Source: a virus
DNA length: 47,747 nt
IMG/VR virus record: IMGVR_UViG_3300048917_000249
Span: 1-47,747 of that record
Reading direction: 5' to 3' (one strand)
The position numbers and the translations under genes are program-made. Below the pieces are notes generated by a model, which saw only the letters and a program-made list of their open reading frames with translations, was not told where the DNA came from and ran no database searches. Below, piece by piece: positions 32,922 to 42,916 of the stretch; position 1 is the first letter of the stretch; every line of letters begins with the position of its first letter.

Positions 32922-34482
32922 CGAGGTCATCCAGCTCAAGCTGCTAAAGCGCAAACGTGCGATCCTGGATGCGCGTGGTGATCTGATTGCGTTCACGCAG
33001 CTGATGATGCCGGATCCCAATTTCGACGACAGCGTCGAGCATTCGCTGTATCAGCCGCAGAGTTTCCACCGGCTGATTGCCAAGTCGCTGGAGGAGGTCG
33101 AGCGCGGCGATTACCGGAGGTTGATGATCAATGTCGGACCCAGATTTGGAAAGACTACGCTCGCTAGTGCCATGTTTCCTGCATGGTACGTTGGTCGACA
33201 TCCTGACCGCTCTATTATTGTTGCTACTTACAACGAGCATTACAGCTGGGATCTTGGCCGTCGGGTAAGGGATATTATGGAGACACCTGAATACAAGCAG
33301 GTGTTCCCTGAAACAGAAATCAAAGTTGGCGCCAATGCGGTTAACCGAGTTCAGACGACGCGCGATGGGGTCGTCTTCTCTGTTGGACGTGGTTCCTCGA
33401 TCACCGGCCGCGGAGGTCACTGCATACTTCTTGATGACCCTATTAAGGACCGAACTGAAGCTGACTCCGTTATCGTTCGTGAGAAACTATGGAGCTGGTA
33501 TAATCAAGTGCTCCGTACCCGGCTCATGGACTCAACGGGCACTATCGTCATTGTCCAGACCAGATGGACCGAGGATGACTTAGTCGGTCGCCTGATCGAC
33601 CCGATGAATCCGTACTTCAACGTCGAGGAAGCCAAGGCCTGGCGCAAGATCGACCTGCCGGCGTTAGCGGAAGCGGATGATCCACTCGGCCGTAAGGAGG
33701 GAGAACCACTATGGCCGGAGCGGTTTACTAAGCAATATCTGGAGGAGATCCGCTCCACCGATCCGCGTGGCTTTGCTGCGCTGTATCAAGGCCGACCCGG
33801 ACCCAAGGACGGCGCCTTCTTCAAGTCTGACGACATCATCACCTACAACAAGATGGATGACGTCCCGGCGTTCCATAAACTCAGGTTCTATGGCGCGTCG
33901 GACCATGCCGTATCGGTTGCTAAATCCGCCGATAAGACCTGCCTCCTGATCGCTGCGGTCGACGAGAAAGACCACATCTGGATCATGCCGGACCTGGTCT
34001 GGGAGCGCCTCGATTCGCATGACGCGGTCGAGCGCATGCTCGGTCTGATGAAGAAATACCACCCGCAGTTCTGGTGGGCGGAAGGCGGCAGCATCACCAA
34101 GAGCATCGGTCCGTTCCTGCGCCGGCGGATGCGGGAAAAGCAGATCTTCTGCGCCATCGACCCGATCAGCCCGGCTGCAGACAAGCAGCAGCGCGCCCAG
34201 GCGATCCAGGCCCGATCGTCAATGAAGATGGTACATTTCCCCGGCTTTACCCGCTGGTGGTCTGATGCCTTGGATCAGATCCTGAAGTTTCCGCACGGAT
34301 CGAAGGATGATCTGGTAGATACATTAAGCTTGATCGGATTGGGGCTTGCCAAAATGCACGGCCGTACCCGCACCAGGCATGTTGAACCTGAGATCGTGGC
34401 AGGTTCGTTCCGTGAAATGATCGAGAACACGCGCCGGCGTGAAGGGCGTGAAAAGCGCGGCAGGAGTCTGCAAGGATGGTAG
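32905..34482 (+). CDS. terL: terminase large subunit
   Basis: Walker A is GPRFGKTT and Walker B is ILLDDPIKD, with QTRWTEDD following. The C-terminal nuclease region has GASDHA...LLIAAVD. Confidence 0.9.
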   Translation: MSKNPDEVIQLKLLKRKRAILDARGDLIAFTQLMMPDPNFDDSVEHSLYQPQSFHRLIAKSLEEVERGDYRRLMINVGPRFGKTTLASAMFPAWYVGRHPDRSIIVATYNEHYSWDLGRRVRDIMETPEYKQVFPETEIKVGANAVNRVQTTRDGVVFSVGRGSSITGRGGHCILLDDPIKDRTEADSVIVREKLWSWYNQVLRTRLMDSTGTIVIVQTRWTEDDLVGRLIDPMNPYFNVEEAKAWRKIDLPALAEADDPLGRKEGEPLWPERFTKQYLEEIRSTDPRGFAALYQGRPGPKDGAFFKSDDIITYNKMDDVPAFHKLRFYGASDHAVSVAKSADKTCLLIAAVDEKDHIWIMPDLVWERLDSHDAVERMLGLMKKYHPQFWWAEGGSITKSIGPFLRRRMREKQIFCAIDPISPAADKQQRAQAIQARSSMKMVHFPGFTRWWSDALDQILKFPHGSKDDLVDTLSLIGLGLAKMHGRTRTRHVEPEIVAGSFREMIENTRRREGREKRGRSLQGW

Positions 34483-37109
34483 ACACTTTCCAATCCTCCA
34501 TGATGGATGTGTTCGCTGGCGCTTTTGATGAAAACAACAGTGAGCCGGACATCAACCCAACCACCGGCAAGCCCAATAGCATTCCGCGGGCTAACCCGGA
34601 TCCGCCCGAGCGGCGCCGCAAGCTGGTCAAGGACTGGACCCGCAAGGTCAAGCGGGCGAAGCGGTACTGGAAGCCATCATTCGATCGGATGCGCGAGGAT
34701 CAGGCGTTTGCCTTTGGCAAGCAGTGGTCGAAGAACGACCAGGACAAGCGTTACGTCGCCAATCTCACACTCCGGCTGGTCGCGCAGAAGACTGCCTTCC
34801 TTTATGCCAAGAACCCCAAGGCGGTGGCCAAGAAGCGGCCGCGGCTCAATGCCACCTCATGGGATGAATCCCAGACCACGTTGAACCAGCTAATGCAGTC
34901 TGCGGCCATGATGATGCAGCAGGCGCAAGCCTCTGGCGCCATGGCTGGCGGAATGCCGGGCATGCCTGGGGGGATGCCCGGCATGCCACCCGGCCTGGCC
35001 GGCCAGGCCACCGGCGCGATCGGCAACACCATCCAGGGCATGATGCCGATGGCGACCGGGCAACCTCCCGACATCGGCATGCTGATGGCCGGCGGCGGTG
35101 CGCCCACGCAGTCGGCGATGCCGTCGCCGTCGATGAACTCAATAGCGGGCCAGACCGGCGCCGCCCTCGGCGGCGCCACCATGCCTGGTATGGGCGCCGG
35201 CCCAATCCCCGGGTCGATGCAAGAGCCGCAGCGGCTCGGCGACCAGCTCGGCCAGGCCGCCGCCGGCGCCGCAGCCAACAACCTGGTGCCCCCTGGATCA
35301 CCGATGGTGGCGCAGGCGGTCGGCTCCGGCATGGACATCATGATGGACGCCGCCCGCGTCAAAAACGAAAACCTGATGATGGACAAGCTCGCTCGCACCT
35401 TGGAGCTGCTTTACAGCTACGAGGTCGACAACCAGCCGCATCCATTCAAGGGCATGCTGAAGATGACCGTGCGTCGGGCGGTCACCAACGGCGTCTCCTA
35501 CGTCAAGCTCGGCTACGAGCGGGTCATGGCGCTACGTCCAGATCTGGAGAAGGGCATCGCCGACATGAACGAGCGGCTGGCGACCTTGCAGCGCCTGGCT
35601 GCGGATGCCACCGACAGCATCACGGACGACACCGATCAGGAAGCCGAGCAGATCCGGTTGCTGGTCGCGGACCTGCAGAAGCAGCAGGGCGCGGTGGTCC
35701 GCGAAGGTCTTACCTTTGATTTCCCGCAGAGCACTAGGATCATTCCCGACATCAAGTGCATCGACATCAAGAATTGGGTGGCGGCCGATTGGGTTTGCGA
35801 AGAGTACCTGCTGTCGGTCGACGAGATCGAGGAGATCTACAACGTCGATGTCCGCGGTCATTGCACCGAATACGGATCCGACGACGAAGACAGCAACGAT
35901 CCGGCCGCGACCATGCACTCCTGGTCGAACACCAAGAACAGCAAGGATGAGGCGCGCGGCGATCCTAACGCCTTGGTGTGGGAGATCTACAATCGCAAGG
36001 ATGGTCTGGTCTATGTCATCTGCGATGGCTATCGCGAATTCTTGAAAGAGCCGGCCGGGCCAGAGATCTACAACGAACGGTTCTATCCCTGGTACGGCTT
36101 GATCTTCAACGGCCTTGAAGATGAGAAGGAGCTGTATCCGCCGAGCGATGTCAGGCTGATGCGCGACATGCAACTCGAATACAATCGCTGCCGCGAAGGC
36201 CTGAAAGAGCAGCGCATCGCTGGCCGGCCGTTCATCGCCGCGGTGTCGGGCGCGCTGGATGAAGAAGACCTCAACAAGATCACCAACCGCGAAGCCAACG
36301 CGGTGATCGAGCTCAACGCGCTGCAGCCGAACCAGGATATCAAACAGCTGCTGCAGCCTTACGCCGGCCCGGGGGTGGATCCTAACCTCTACGAAGTCAG
36401 TCCGGTCTACGAAGACATTCTGCGGACCACCGGCATTCAGGAAGCCAACTTAGGCGGCACCTCGAACACCACCGCGACCCAGGCGCAGATCGCCGAAGGC
36501 TCGCGCATGACCAGCATGGGTTCTAATATCGACGACTTGAACGACCTGTTAACCCAACTAGCCCGCAACGGCGGGCAGATCCTACTGCGTGAAATGAGCC
36601 AGGAGCGGGTTAAGAAGATCGTCGGGCCTGGCGCAGTGTGGCCCGCCGAGCCGGTCGCCCAGGACATCGCCAACGAGATCCTGCTGGAGATCGAAGCCGG
36701 TTCGATGGGCCGGCCGAACCAGGCGCAAGAGATCTCTAACGCCCAGCGGCTGATGCCGCTGCTCATCCAGCTGCCCGGCATCGACCCGGAATTCCTCGCC
36801 AAGGAGACGCTGCGCCGATTGGACGATCGCCTCGACCTCACCGAGGCTTTCAAGTCCGCGCTTCCGTCGATCGTGGCCATGAACGGAGCGATGTCGGGCG
36901 CCGGCGCCGGTCCCGCCGGACCGACCGCGCCAGGGGCCGGCGCCGGACCGGGAGCTTCGATGGGTCCACAGGGAGCCGTCAACGCGCCTGGTGGCGGCTC
37001 AGCAGGTCCGCCACCGAGCGCGCCGGATGCCCAGACCACACTGGATGGCGCACCGCCGGGTCGACCGCATCCGATGCCGTCACAGGTCAAGATGCCGGGG
37101 CTGCCGTGA
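34476..37109 (+). CDS. portal protein (877 aa) with a Met/Gly/Pro-rich insertion
   Basis: It directly follows and overlaps TerL. Size and position fit a portal. The low-complexity block spans ~34890-35230. Confidence 0.75.
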   Translation: MVDTFQSSMMDVFAGAFDENNSEPDINPTTGKPNSIPRANPDPPERRRKLVKDWTRKVKRAKRYWKPSFDRMREDQAFAFGKQWSKNDQDKRYVANLTLRLVAQKTAFLYAKNPKAVAKKRPRLNATSWDESQTTLNQLMQSAAMMMQQAQASGAMAGGMPGMPGGMPGMPPGLAGQATGAIGNTIQGMMPMATGQPPDIGMLMAGGGAPTQSAMPSPSMNSIAGQTGAALGGATMPGMGAGPIPGSMQEPQRLGDQLGQAAAGAAANNLVPPGSPMVAQAVGSGMDIMMDAARVKNENLMMDKLARTLELLYSYEVDNQPHPFKGMLKMTVRRAVTNGVSYVKLGYERVMALRPDLEKGIADMNERLATLQRLAADATDSITDDTDQEAEQIRLLVADLQKQQGAVVREGLTFDFPQSTRIIPDIKCIDIKNWVAADWVCEEYLLSVDEIEEIYNVDVRGHCTEYGSDDEDSNDPAATMHSWSNTKNSKDEARGDPNALVWEIYNRKDGLVYVICDGYREFLKEPAGPEIYNERFYPWYGLIFNGLEDEKELYPPSDVRLMRDMQLEYNRCREGLKEQRIAGRPFIAAVSGALDEEDLNKITNREANAVIELNALQPNQDIKQLLQPYAGPGVDPNLYEVSPVYEDILRTTGIQEANLGGTSNTTATQAQIAEGSRMTSMGSNIDDLNDLLTQLARNGGQILLREMSQERVKKIVGPGAVWPAEPVAQDIANEILLEIEAGSMGRPNQAQEISNAQRLMPLLIQLPGIDPEFLAKETLRRLDDRLDLTEAFKSALPSIVAMNGAMSGAGAGPAGPTAPGAGAGPGASMGPQGAVNAPGGGSAGPPPSAPDAQTTLDGAPPGRPHPMPSQVKMPGLP

Positions 37110-37172
37110 CAAAGATCTTGATTTGACGTAAGTATCGATCAGAGGTGCCGATTGGCACCGGGAGAATTCAGT

Positions 37173-38165
37173 ATGGCAGGGAACGACAAGCTACCCACCG
37201 CGGTAGAGTCGATCGACAATGTACCTTCGCCAGGTACCGACGGCGATGCCGGTGGCAGTCTACTTGATGTATCCAACCGCGGAGATCTTCGCGGCGATTA
37301 CATAGACGCCAACGACACTGGGGATTCGCCAACCCGCGTTGCACGCAAGTCCGATCCTGAACCGGAGTTGCCGGAAGAAGCGACACCTGAAGAAATAGCC
37401 AAGCTTTCCAAAACGGCACAGCGCCGCATCAAGAAGCTCAACGCGCAACGCACGAAGCTCGCGGGCGAGTTACAGCGGCTTAAGCGGCTCGAGCCGGACG
37501 CTATCATGGCGGCCAAGGTAACCGGGTACATGCGCGAGCATGACATCGGTCAGGATGATTTCGTCTTTGGCATGGACATGATGGCGGCGATGCGCCGCGG
37601 TGATTTCGCGAGGTTTCATGCGGGCGTAAGCCCGTACATGAAACTCTGCGAAGAGTACCTCGGCATTTCATTGCCCCCGGATCTGCAGCAGCAGGTCAAT
37701 CAGGGTCACATGACGACACAGGCTGCTGCCATGTACTCGCGAGAGCGCATGGACAAGGCTATGGCTCAGACCAACGCGGTCCGTAGTCAGGCCACGTTGC
37801 AACAGCAGCAGCAGGCGTCGGCAAAGGAAATTCTGGCTAACAAGGTCGCTAACGCCGTCAACAACTGGGAAGCTCACAAAGAGATATCGGACCCGCGGTA
37901 CGCAGACAAAAAAGCCGCCGTTCAGAACACGATGTGGGCTGTGGTGCGTGAGCAAGGCTCGCCGCAGTCGCCCGAGCACGGCATTCAGATCGCCGAAGAG
38001 GCGTATCGCCGCGTCAACGAGCAGTACCGCGGCTGGGTCGCACCCCAGCGGCGTCCGACATCGAGAGTTCCGAGCAGCACAGGTCGAACCGCAGGCGTTG
38101 CGCCCGAGGCAAAGACACTGCTGGAAGCAGTCCGATTTGCTCGCGAAGGAGCGCCGCGCCTCTAA
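37173..38165 (+). CDS. scaffolding protein
   Basis: ATG 37173 is preceded by GGGAGAattcagt. The protein is helical and Gln/Ala/Lys-rich, and lies between the portal and capsid genes. Confidence 0.65.
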   Translation: MAGNDKLPTAVESIDNVPSPGTDGDAGGSLLDVSNRGDLRGDYIDANDTGDSPTRVARKSDPEPELPEEATPEEIAKLSKTAQRRIKKLNAQRTKLAGELQRLKRLEPDAIMAAKVTGYMREHDIGQDDFVFGMDMMAAMRRGDFARFHAGVSPYMKLCEEYLGISLPPDLQQQVNQGHMTTQAAAMYSRERMDKAMAQTNAVRSQATLQQQQQASAKEILANKVANAVNNWEAHKEISDPRYADKKAAVQNTMWAVVREQGSPQSPEHGIQIAEEAYRRVNEQYRGWVAPQRRPTSRVPSSTGRTAGVAPEAKTLLEAVRFAREGAPRL

Positions 38166-38182
38166 TTTAAGGGGCCGCTGCT

Positions 38183-39304
38183 ATGCCTGTTTATACCGCG
38201 CCACTACTCGCGCATATCACCACTGCTGCTCTCGATTGGTGGATGAACAAAGGGACCGCCTTCCAGGAGGCGATCCAGGAGAAGCCGCTGCTCGCGGCGA
38301 TGGAGTCCAAGAAGAAATCGTTCCCGGGCGGCAAGGGCAATATTGTCATTAGCGTCAAGGGAGATTACGGCAACACGGCCGCGCCCGGCACCGATGATCA
38401 GCTCAAAGGCTATGAGCTGGCCGACAGCGTGACCTACTACACGCCGGCCAACCTGACCCAGGCGATCTTCCCCTGGAAGGAACACCACATCGGCATCATG
38501 ATGACGCACTCGGAACTGAAGTCCGATGGCATCAGCGTTACCGATGGCCCTGGCATGGAGGAGGACACCTCCGAGCATTCCGGCCGTGACGATACCGTCC
38601 TGGTCGGCCTGCTGCAGGACGCCTTGCAAGACGTCTCCGAGCAGTATGCCCGCGGCATGAACAACCTGCTGTGGACCAACGGTGCCACGGACGCCAAGGC
38701 CCTCGCCGGCATGGCGGCACTTATCACCGACGATCCGACCACCGGCATTGTCGCCGGCATCAACCGCGGCCAGAAGCCGTGGTGGAGAAACCGCGCCTAC
38801 ACGACCGCAATGGGTGCAGCTGTGACAGCCACACCGGCGCTGTCGGCATGGGGTGGCGGACCGATCACCTCGGCCGCGGCCAACGGCGGTGCGTTGATCA
38901 CCTTGCTCCAGAAGGAGTATCGGCAGCTGACCCGGTACGGCGCCAAGCCGAACACTGGGTTCTGTGGATCCGACTGGCTCACCGCCCTGGAGACAGAGCT
39001 GCGTGCCAACGGCAACTACTCGATGCAGGGCTTCTCCGGCGGCAAAGACATCTCGGTCGGTCAGATCTCCTACATGGGAACCGACTTCGAGTATGACCCG
39101 ACGCTCGATCAGCTCGGCAAGAGCAAGCGTTGCTATTGGTATGACTCGCGAGACATCTACCTGGTTGCCATGCAGGACGAGTGGCGGCACCAGCATTCAC
39201 CCGAGCGGGCACCCGACAAGTACGTCATCTACCGCTCGATCACTTCGACCGGACAACTCTGTGCGCGGCGTCTTAACGGCGCTGTCGTGATGGATATTGC
39301 CTGA
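38183..39304 (+). CDS. major capsid protein
   Basis: Position after the scaffold gene and a size of 373 aa fit a major capsid protein. No motif-level proof. Confidence 0.7.
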   Translation: MPVYTAPLLAHITTAALDWWMNKGTAFQEAIQEKPLLAAMESKKKSFPGGKGNIVISVKGDYGNTAAPGTDDQLKGYELADSVTYYTPANLTQAIFPWKEHHIGIMMTHSELKSDGISVTDGPGMEEDTSEHSGRDDTVLVGLLQDALQDVSEQYARGMNNLLWTNGATDAKALAGMAALITDDPTTGIVAGINRGQKPWWRNRAYTTAMGAAVTATPALSAWGGGPITSAAANGGALITLLQKEYRQLTRYGAKPNTGFCGSDWLTALETELRANGNYSMQGFSGGKDISVGQISYMGTDFEYDPTLDQLGKSKRCYWYDSRDIYLVAMQDEWRHQHSPERAPDKYVIYRSITSTGQLCARRLNGAVVMDIA

Positions 39305-39378
39305 TCGAAACGGCCGGGGTGGCGGTGGTTTTTCCTGCAAGATTGGCCGCCCTCACCTCGGCTTCAACAGGAGGTTAA

Positions 39379-39618
39379 ATGGCTGAGCAGACCCAACAAG
39401 CCAAACAAGGCAGCATCGGTGCCTTCCGTGTTCGCGAGAGTTTCAACCCGTCGCAGGACAATTTGGTCGACAAGATCAAGCGGTACACCGCGGATCTGAT
39501 CGACATCTGCGAGGATCTGAAACCGCACGATGCGCGGCTCGCCGCGCTGGCGCAGACCGCATACGAAGAGGCCGCGATGTGGGCGGTCAAAGCAGCGACG
39601 GCGGACAAGAAGTCATGA
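39379..39618 (+). CDS. Acb2/Tad1-hairpin-like small protein (candidate cyclic-nucleotide sponge)
   Basis: AGGAGGttaa RBS. FNPSQDNLVDKIKRYTADLID and LAQTAYEEAAMWAVKA match my recollection of the Acb2-family signature. It lies directly after the capsid gene. Confidence 0.45.
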   Translation: MAEQTQQAKQGSIGAFRVRESFNPSQDNLVDKIKRYTADLIDICEDLKPHDARLAALAQTAYEEAAMWAVKAATADKKS

Positions 39619-40067
39619 GCAAACAGATTCAGTACTGCACCTGCAAGATCAACCTGGCCGGCCAGAATTGCCACACCGTGATCTACAACGAATTCAATCC
39701 GGTGACCTGGCCGGAAGTGCAAGTGTTGCAGGCGGTCCACGGCGACGAGAATGTCATGGACGTCATGCCGTGCGGCATCGGCGAGGTGTGGCCGACCGAA
39801 GAGAAGAACCGACTTGCCAGCATCTACGGTCGCAAGGTTGTCGAAGCGTGTTTCCCGGGGCGGGCGTTCCGCATGGACTACATGATGACCGAAGATGTGA
39901 ACCTGCCACGCTACGACGGGGGTACGCCATCTGTCGTGGTGGCGCCGCCAGGCAGCGATGACGAGGATGTGGAAGCTAGCTCCGAGCCCAACCTGGAGCC
40001 GATCTTTAGGCCTTCACCACGCGGTCGCCGAACACCACCGCCGCCGGAGCATAAGGACGCAGGTTAG
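39615..40067 (+). CDS. hypothetical virion-module protein (150 aa)
   Basis: ATGA overlap with the upstream gene. Confidence 0.65.
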   Translation: MSKQIQYCTCKINLAGQNCHTVIYNEFNPVTWPEVQVLQAVHGDENVMDVMPCGIGEVWPTEEKNRLASIYGRKVVEACFPGRAFRMDYMMTEDVNLPRYDGGTPSVVVAPPGSDDEDVEASSEPNLEPIFRPSPRGRRTPPPPEHKDAG

Positions 40068-40864
40068 TGCCACTCAGTGTCACGCTGCTGGAACTGCGCC
40101 GGCTGCTGCGTTCTGAAACCGGCACGTCGCTCAACCCCCAACAGGGTGTACAGGCGCAGGACACGCTTGACCTGATTTTGGCGAGGCAGCAGCGCGAGCT
40201 GTGGGACGCCTATAACTGGCAGCACCTGAAGATCTGGACCGACGTGCCGCTGACCGGCGGCCAGTCGCTGTACAGCTACCCTGTGCAAATGGCGTTCGAC
40301 CAGATCACGCGCGTCTATGTGACCTTAGCAACCTACGATACCGTCATTCCCGATCAGATAAATTCGGCAGGGGCCTGGGAGCCGTTGGCCTACGGCATCA
40401 AGCCATTCATGCTGCACCTCGGCCCGGCCAGGGTCGGCAAGCCGATGCGCTGGGGCAATGTGGCATCGATCAATACCACCGGCCCTACGCCGATCACCAA
40501 TCCAGTCGGGCAATTCCAACTGTTGCCGACACCGCCGCCGGACACCGGCGCAATACCGAAGGTTGGCTATGTGCTGCGATTCGAAGGCCAAGCGCCGTTA
40601 TCCCCGCTGGTCGCGCCGACCGACACTTGCATTCTGGATTCCGAGGCGATCGTGCTGTTCGCCGCCGCCGAGATCTTGGCTACGCAGAAGAGTGAAGCGG
40701 CGCCAATGAAGCTGACCAAGGCGCAGAATTACCTGCGGCGTATTCTCGCCGACCAGGGCGCCGACAAGCGCGTCAATTACAACATGGGTGGCAACCACCG
40801 CGGCGGCATCGACCCCGACAAGTCTTATCGGCGTATCCCCTACATCGACTACATCCCGAGCTGA
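40067..40864 (+). CDS. virion structural protein (head-tail adaptor candidate)
   Basis: The GTG start overlaps the TAG by 1 nt. The call is based on position only. Confidence 0.6.
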   Translation: MPLSVTLLELRRLLRSETGTSLNPQQGVQAQDTLDLILARQQRELWDAYNWQHLKIWTDVPLTGGQSLYSYPVQMAFDQITRVYVTLATYDTVIPDQINSAGAWEPLAYGIKPFMLHLGPARVGKPMRWGNVASINTTGPTPITNPVGQFQLLPTPPPDTGAIPKVGYVLRFEGQAPLSPLVAPTDTCILDSEAIVLFAAAEILATQKSEAAPMKLTKAQNYLRRILADQGADKRVNYNMGGNHRGGIDPDKSYRRIPYIDYIPS

Positions 40865-41042
40865 TGATGGAATTGTGGAAGCCCATACCCGGATTTGTTG
40901 ATGCCGTGAGAGCCGGCAGAACCTGGACTTCCGTAACCTAGGGAGGACCGGGCCATGCCCTACTTTCACAATTACTGATTTTGCTGCTGGACTTGACCTT
41001 CGACGATCCGAACTGACCGCGCCGGCCGGAACGCTGCGGGCG

Positions 41043-42401
41043 ATGACCAACTGCCACGTCACGCCTGGTGGTGAGATCGAGAAGCGGATGGCTTTCGTGC
41101 CATTCTGGGCGTGCGATCCATTGAGCAAAGGCATCGTCGAAGTTAACCAGAAGCTCTACGCCTTCGGCCCGAACGGCCCCTACACCGTCGAGCCGCCGTC
41201 CGGCACCTGGTCGGTTGGTGTCCTTGGACAAGCCACGCCAACCATCTTTGAAATCATCGACTACGACCTGTTCGACAACAAGGTCTTCACCCTGTTGTGG
41301 AAGGACGCTGCCGGCACGGTCGGCCGCTACTACGACGGCGTCGACCAGCCGTGGGCGCGCGGCTTCTATTGCCGGACCTACAAGAACAAGATGTACACGG
41401 TGGAAAACTCCATCTTGTATTTTTCCGCCAACGGCAATGCGGGTGACTGGTCTGGCTTGAACCCGAACGACCCGTCGAAATACACCAACTACATCGACCT
41501 CTCGTTGGGCGACAGCGACATGTCCGACAGCGTGGCGCTGGAGGTGTACTACGACAAGCTGGCGATCTTCTCATCGACCGCGGTGCAGCTGTGGATCATG
41601 GACCCGGACTTCACCAAGAACCAGTACGTCCAGACCCTGCGTCAGGCCGGCACCACGGCCTGGCGCAGCGTGATGCAGTATGGCTCCGGCGACGTGATGT
41701 ACCTGTCGCAGTCCGGCGTCAGATCGCTCCGCGCTAGAAACTCTTCACTAGCCGCGGCGGTGTCCGACATCGGCTCGCCGCTGGATCCGCTGCTGCAGGA
41801 TCTGTTCCGCAGCATGGGCCAGGACTGGATGAGCGGCACCATCGCGCTGCTGCAGCCGGTCACCGGAAGATTCTGGATCATCATGGCCGGATCCAAAGCC
41901 ACACCTGACGCGCCGCTGACATCTAAAATATACGTTCTATCGGCCTTCCCCGGCCCGAAGATCACGGCTTGGAGTGAGTACGACGCCGGCTTCGTCATCA
42001 CCGCGGCCTGCATATACAAGAACCGTGTGGTGGTTCGCGACGACAAGAATCAGGTCTACGCCTACGGCGGCATCTCCGACATCGGTCCGACTTATGATAA
42101 TTGCCCGGTCGAGCTGATCTTCCCATTCCACGCCGGCGAGGGTGTCGCCACCTTCAAGTCCTTTGCCGCGCTCGATGCCACCTGCTCCGGCGTACCCTGG
42201 CAAGTATCGGCCGCGTTCAATGTTCAGGATTCCACGGTCGAGGACTTCATCGGCATCTTCGACGGCCCGTCGTTCCCGCAAGGCAAGATCCAGCTGTACG
42301 GCCACACCACTCACATGTCGCTGCGGCTGCGCTCGCAGGACATCGGCCCGCAGGTGCTGTCCAACCTGATCGTCCACTACCAGGGAGGTGAGACCGGATG
42401 A
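41043..42401 (+). CDS. virion structural protein (tail hub/nozzle candidate); the 5' end is probably longer
   Basis: Track ORF. The same frame is open back to 40902 and reads ...TFTITDFAAGLDLRRSELTAPAGTLRA before M1. A strong RBS with an ATG sits at 40955 in another frame. Confidence 0.7.
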   Translation: MTNCHVTPGGEIEKRMAFVPFWACDPLSKGIVEVNQKLYAFGPNGPYTVEPPSGTWSVGVLGQATPTIFEIIDYDLFDNKVFTLLWKDAAGTVGRYYDGVDQPWARGFYCRTYKNKMYTVENSILYFSANGNAGDWSGLNPNDPSKYTNYIDLSLGDSDMSDSVALEVYYDKLAIFSSTAVQLWIMDPDFTKNQYVQTLRQAGTTAWRSVMQYGSGDVMYLSQSGVRSLRARNSSLAAAVSDIGSPLDPLLQDLFRSMGQDWMSGTIALLQPVTGRFWIIMAGSKATPDAPLTSKIYVLSAFPGPKITAWSEYDAGFVITAACIYKNRVVVRDDKNQVYAYGGISDIGPTYDNCPVELIFPFHAGEGVATFKSFAALDATCSGVPWQVSAAFNVQDSTVEDFIGIFDGPSFPQGKIQLYGHTTHMSLRLRSQDIGPQVLSNLIVHYQGGETG

Positions 42402-42916
42402 TCAACATCGCGGTCGCCGACCGGGGCATGATCGATCATGTGCTGCAAGGCCTGCGTGCGGCCGATGTCGAAGAGATGACCGCGGCCGGCACCGACATCG
42501 GCAAGCTCGCCGTGCAGATCATGCGACACAAGCTGTTTGCTTTTTGCGCCTGGGGCTTTGACTGCGGTCCAATCGCAGTGTGGGGCCTGGTGCAGAAGCG
42601 CCAGGGCGTCGGTGCCGGATTCGCCTTCGGCACTGACGACTGGGGCCGCGCCGTGCTACCAATGGTCAAGCAGATCCGCGGATTTGTCCTGCCACTATTA
42701 GTCGACCTGAATATCCACCGCGTCGAGGCGGTGGCAATGCGTAAGCGCGACGATGTCAGACGTTTCATGAGTTTGATTGGTGCCAAGGCCGAAGGCACGC
42801 TGACCGGCTATGGCACTTACGGCGAAGACTTTGTCTCTTACCGATGGCTATCTGATGAATATGGCAGTCACCGAACTCAAGAAGCCCAAGCGGACTGTGC
42901 GTACCCCGCACATTAA
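42398..42916 (+). CDS. T7 gp13-like/DUF2833-like (acetyltransferase-fold) internal virion protein
   Basis: RAADVEEM...CGPIAVWGL...GAGFAFGTDDW...RFMSLIGAKAEG resembles the gp13/DUF2833 pattern as I recall it. Confidence 0.5.
   Translation: MINIAVADRGMIDHVLQGLRAADVEEMTAAGTDIGKLAVQIMRHKLFAFCAWGFDCGPIAVWGLVQKRQGVGAGFAFGTDDWGRAVLPMVKQIRGFVLPLLVDLNIHRVEAVAMRKRDDVRRFMSLIGAKAEGTLTGYGTYGEDFVSYRWLSDEYGSHRTQEAQADCAYPAH

Noticed and set aside
39305-39378. Intrinsic terminator after the capsid gene
   Set aside because: Only imperfect G-U-dependent pairing could be drawn around ggtggcggtggttttt. That is not convincing enough to annotate.
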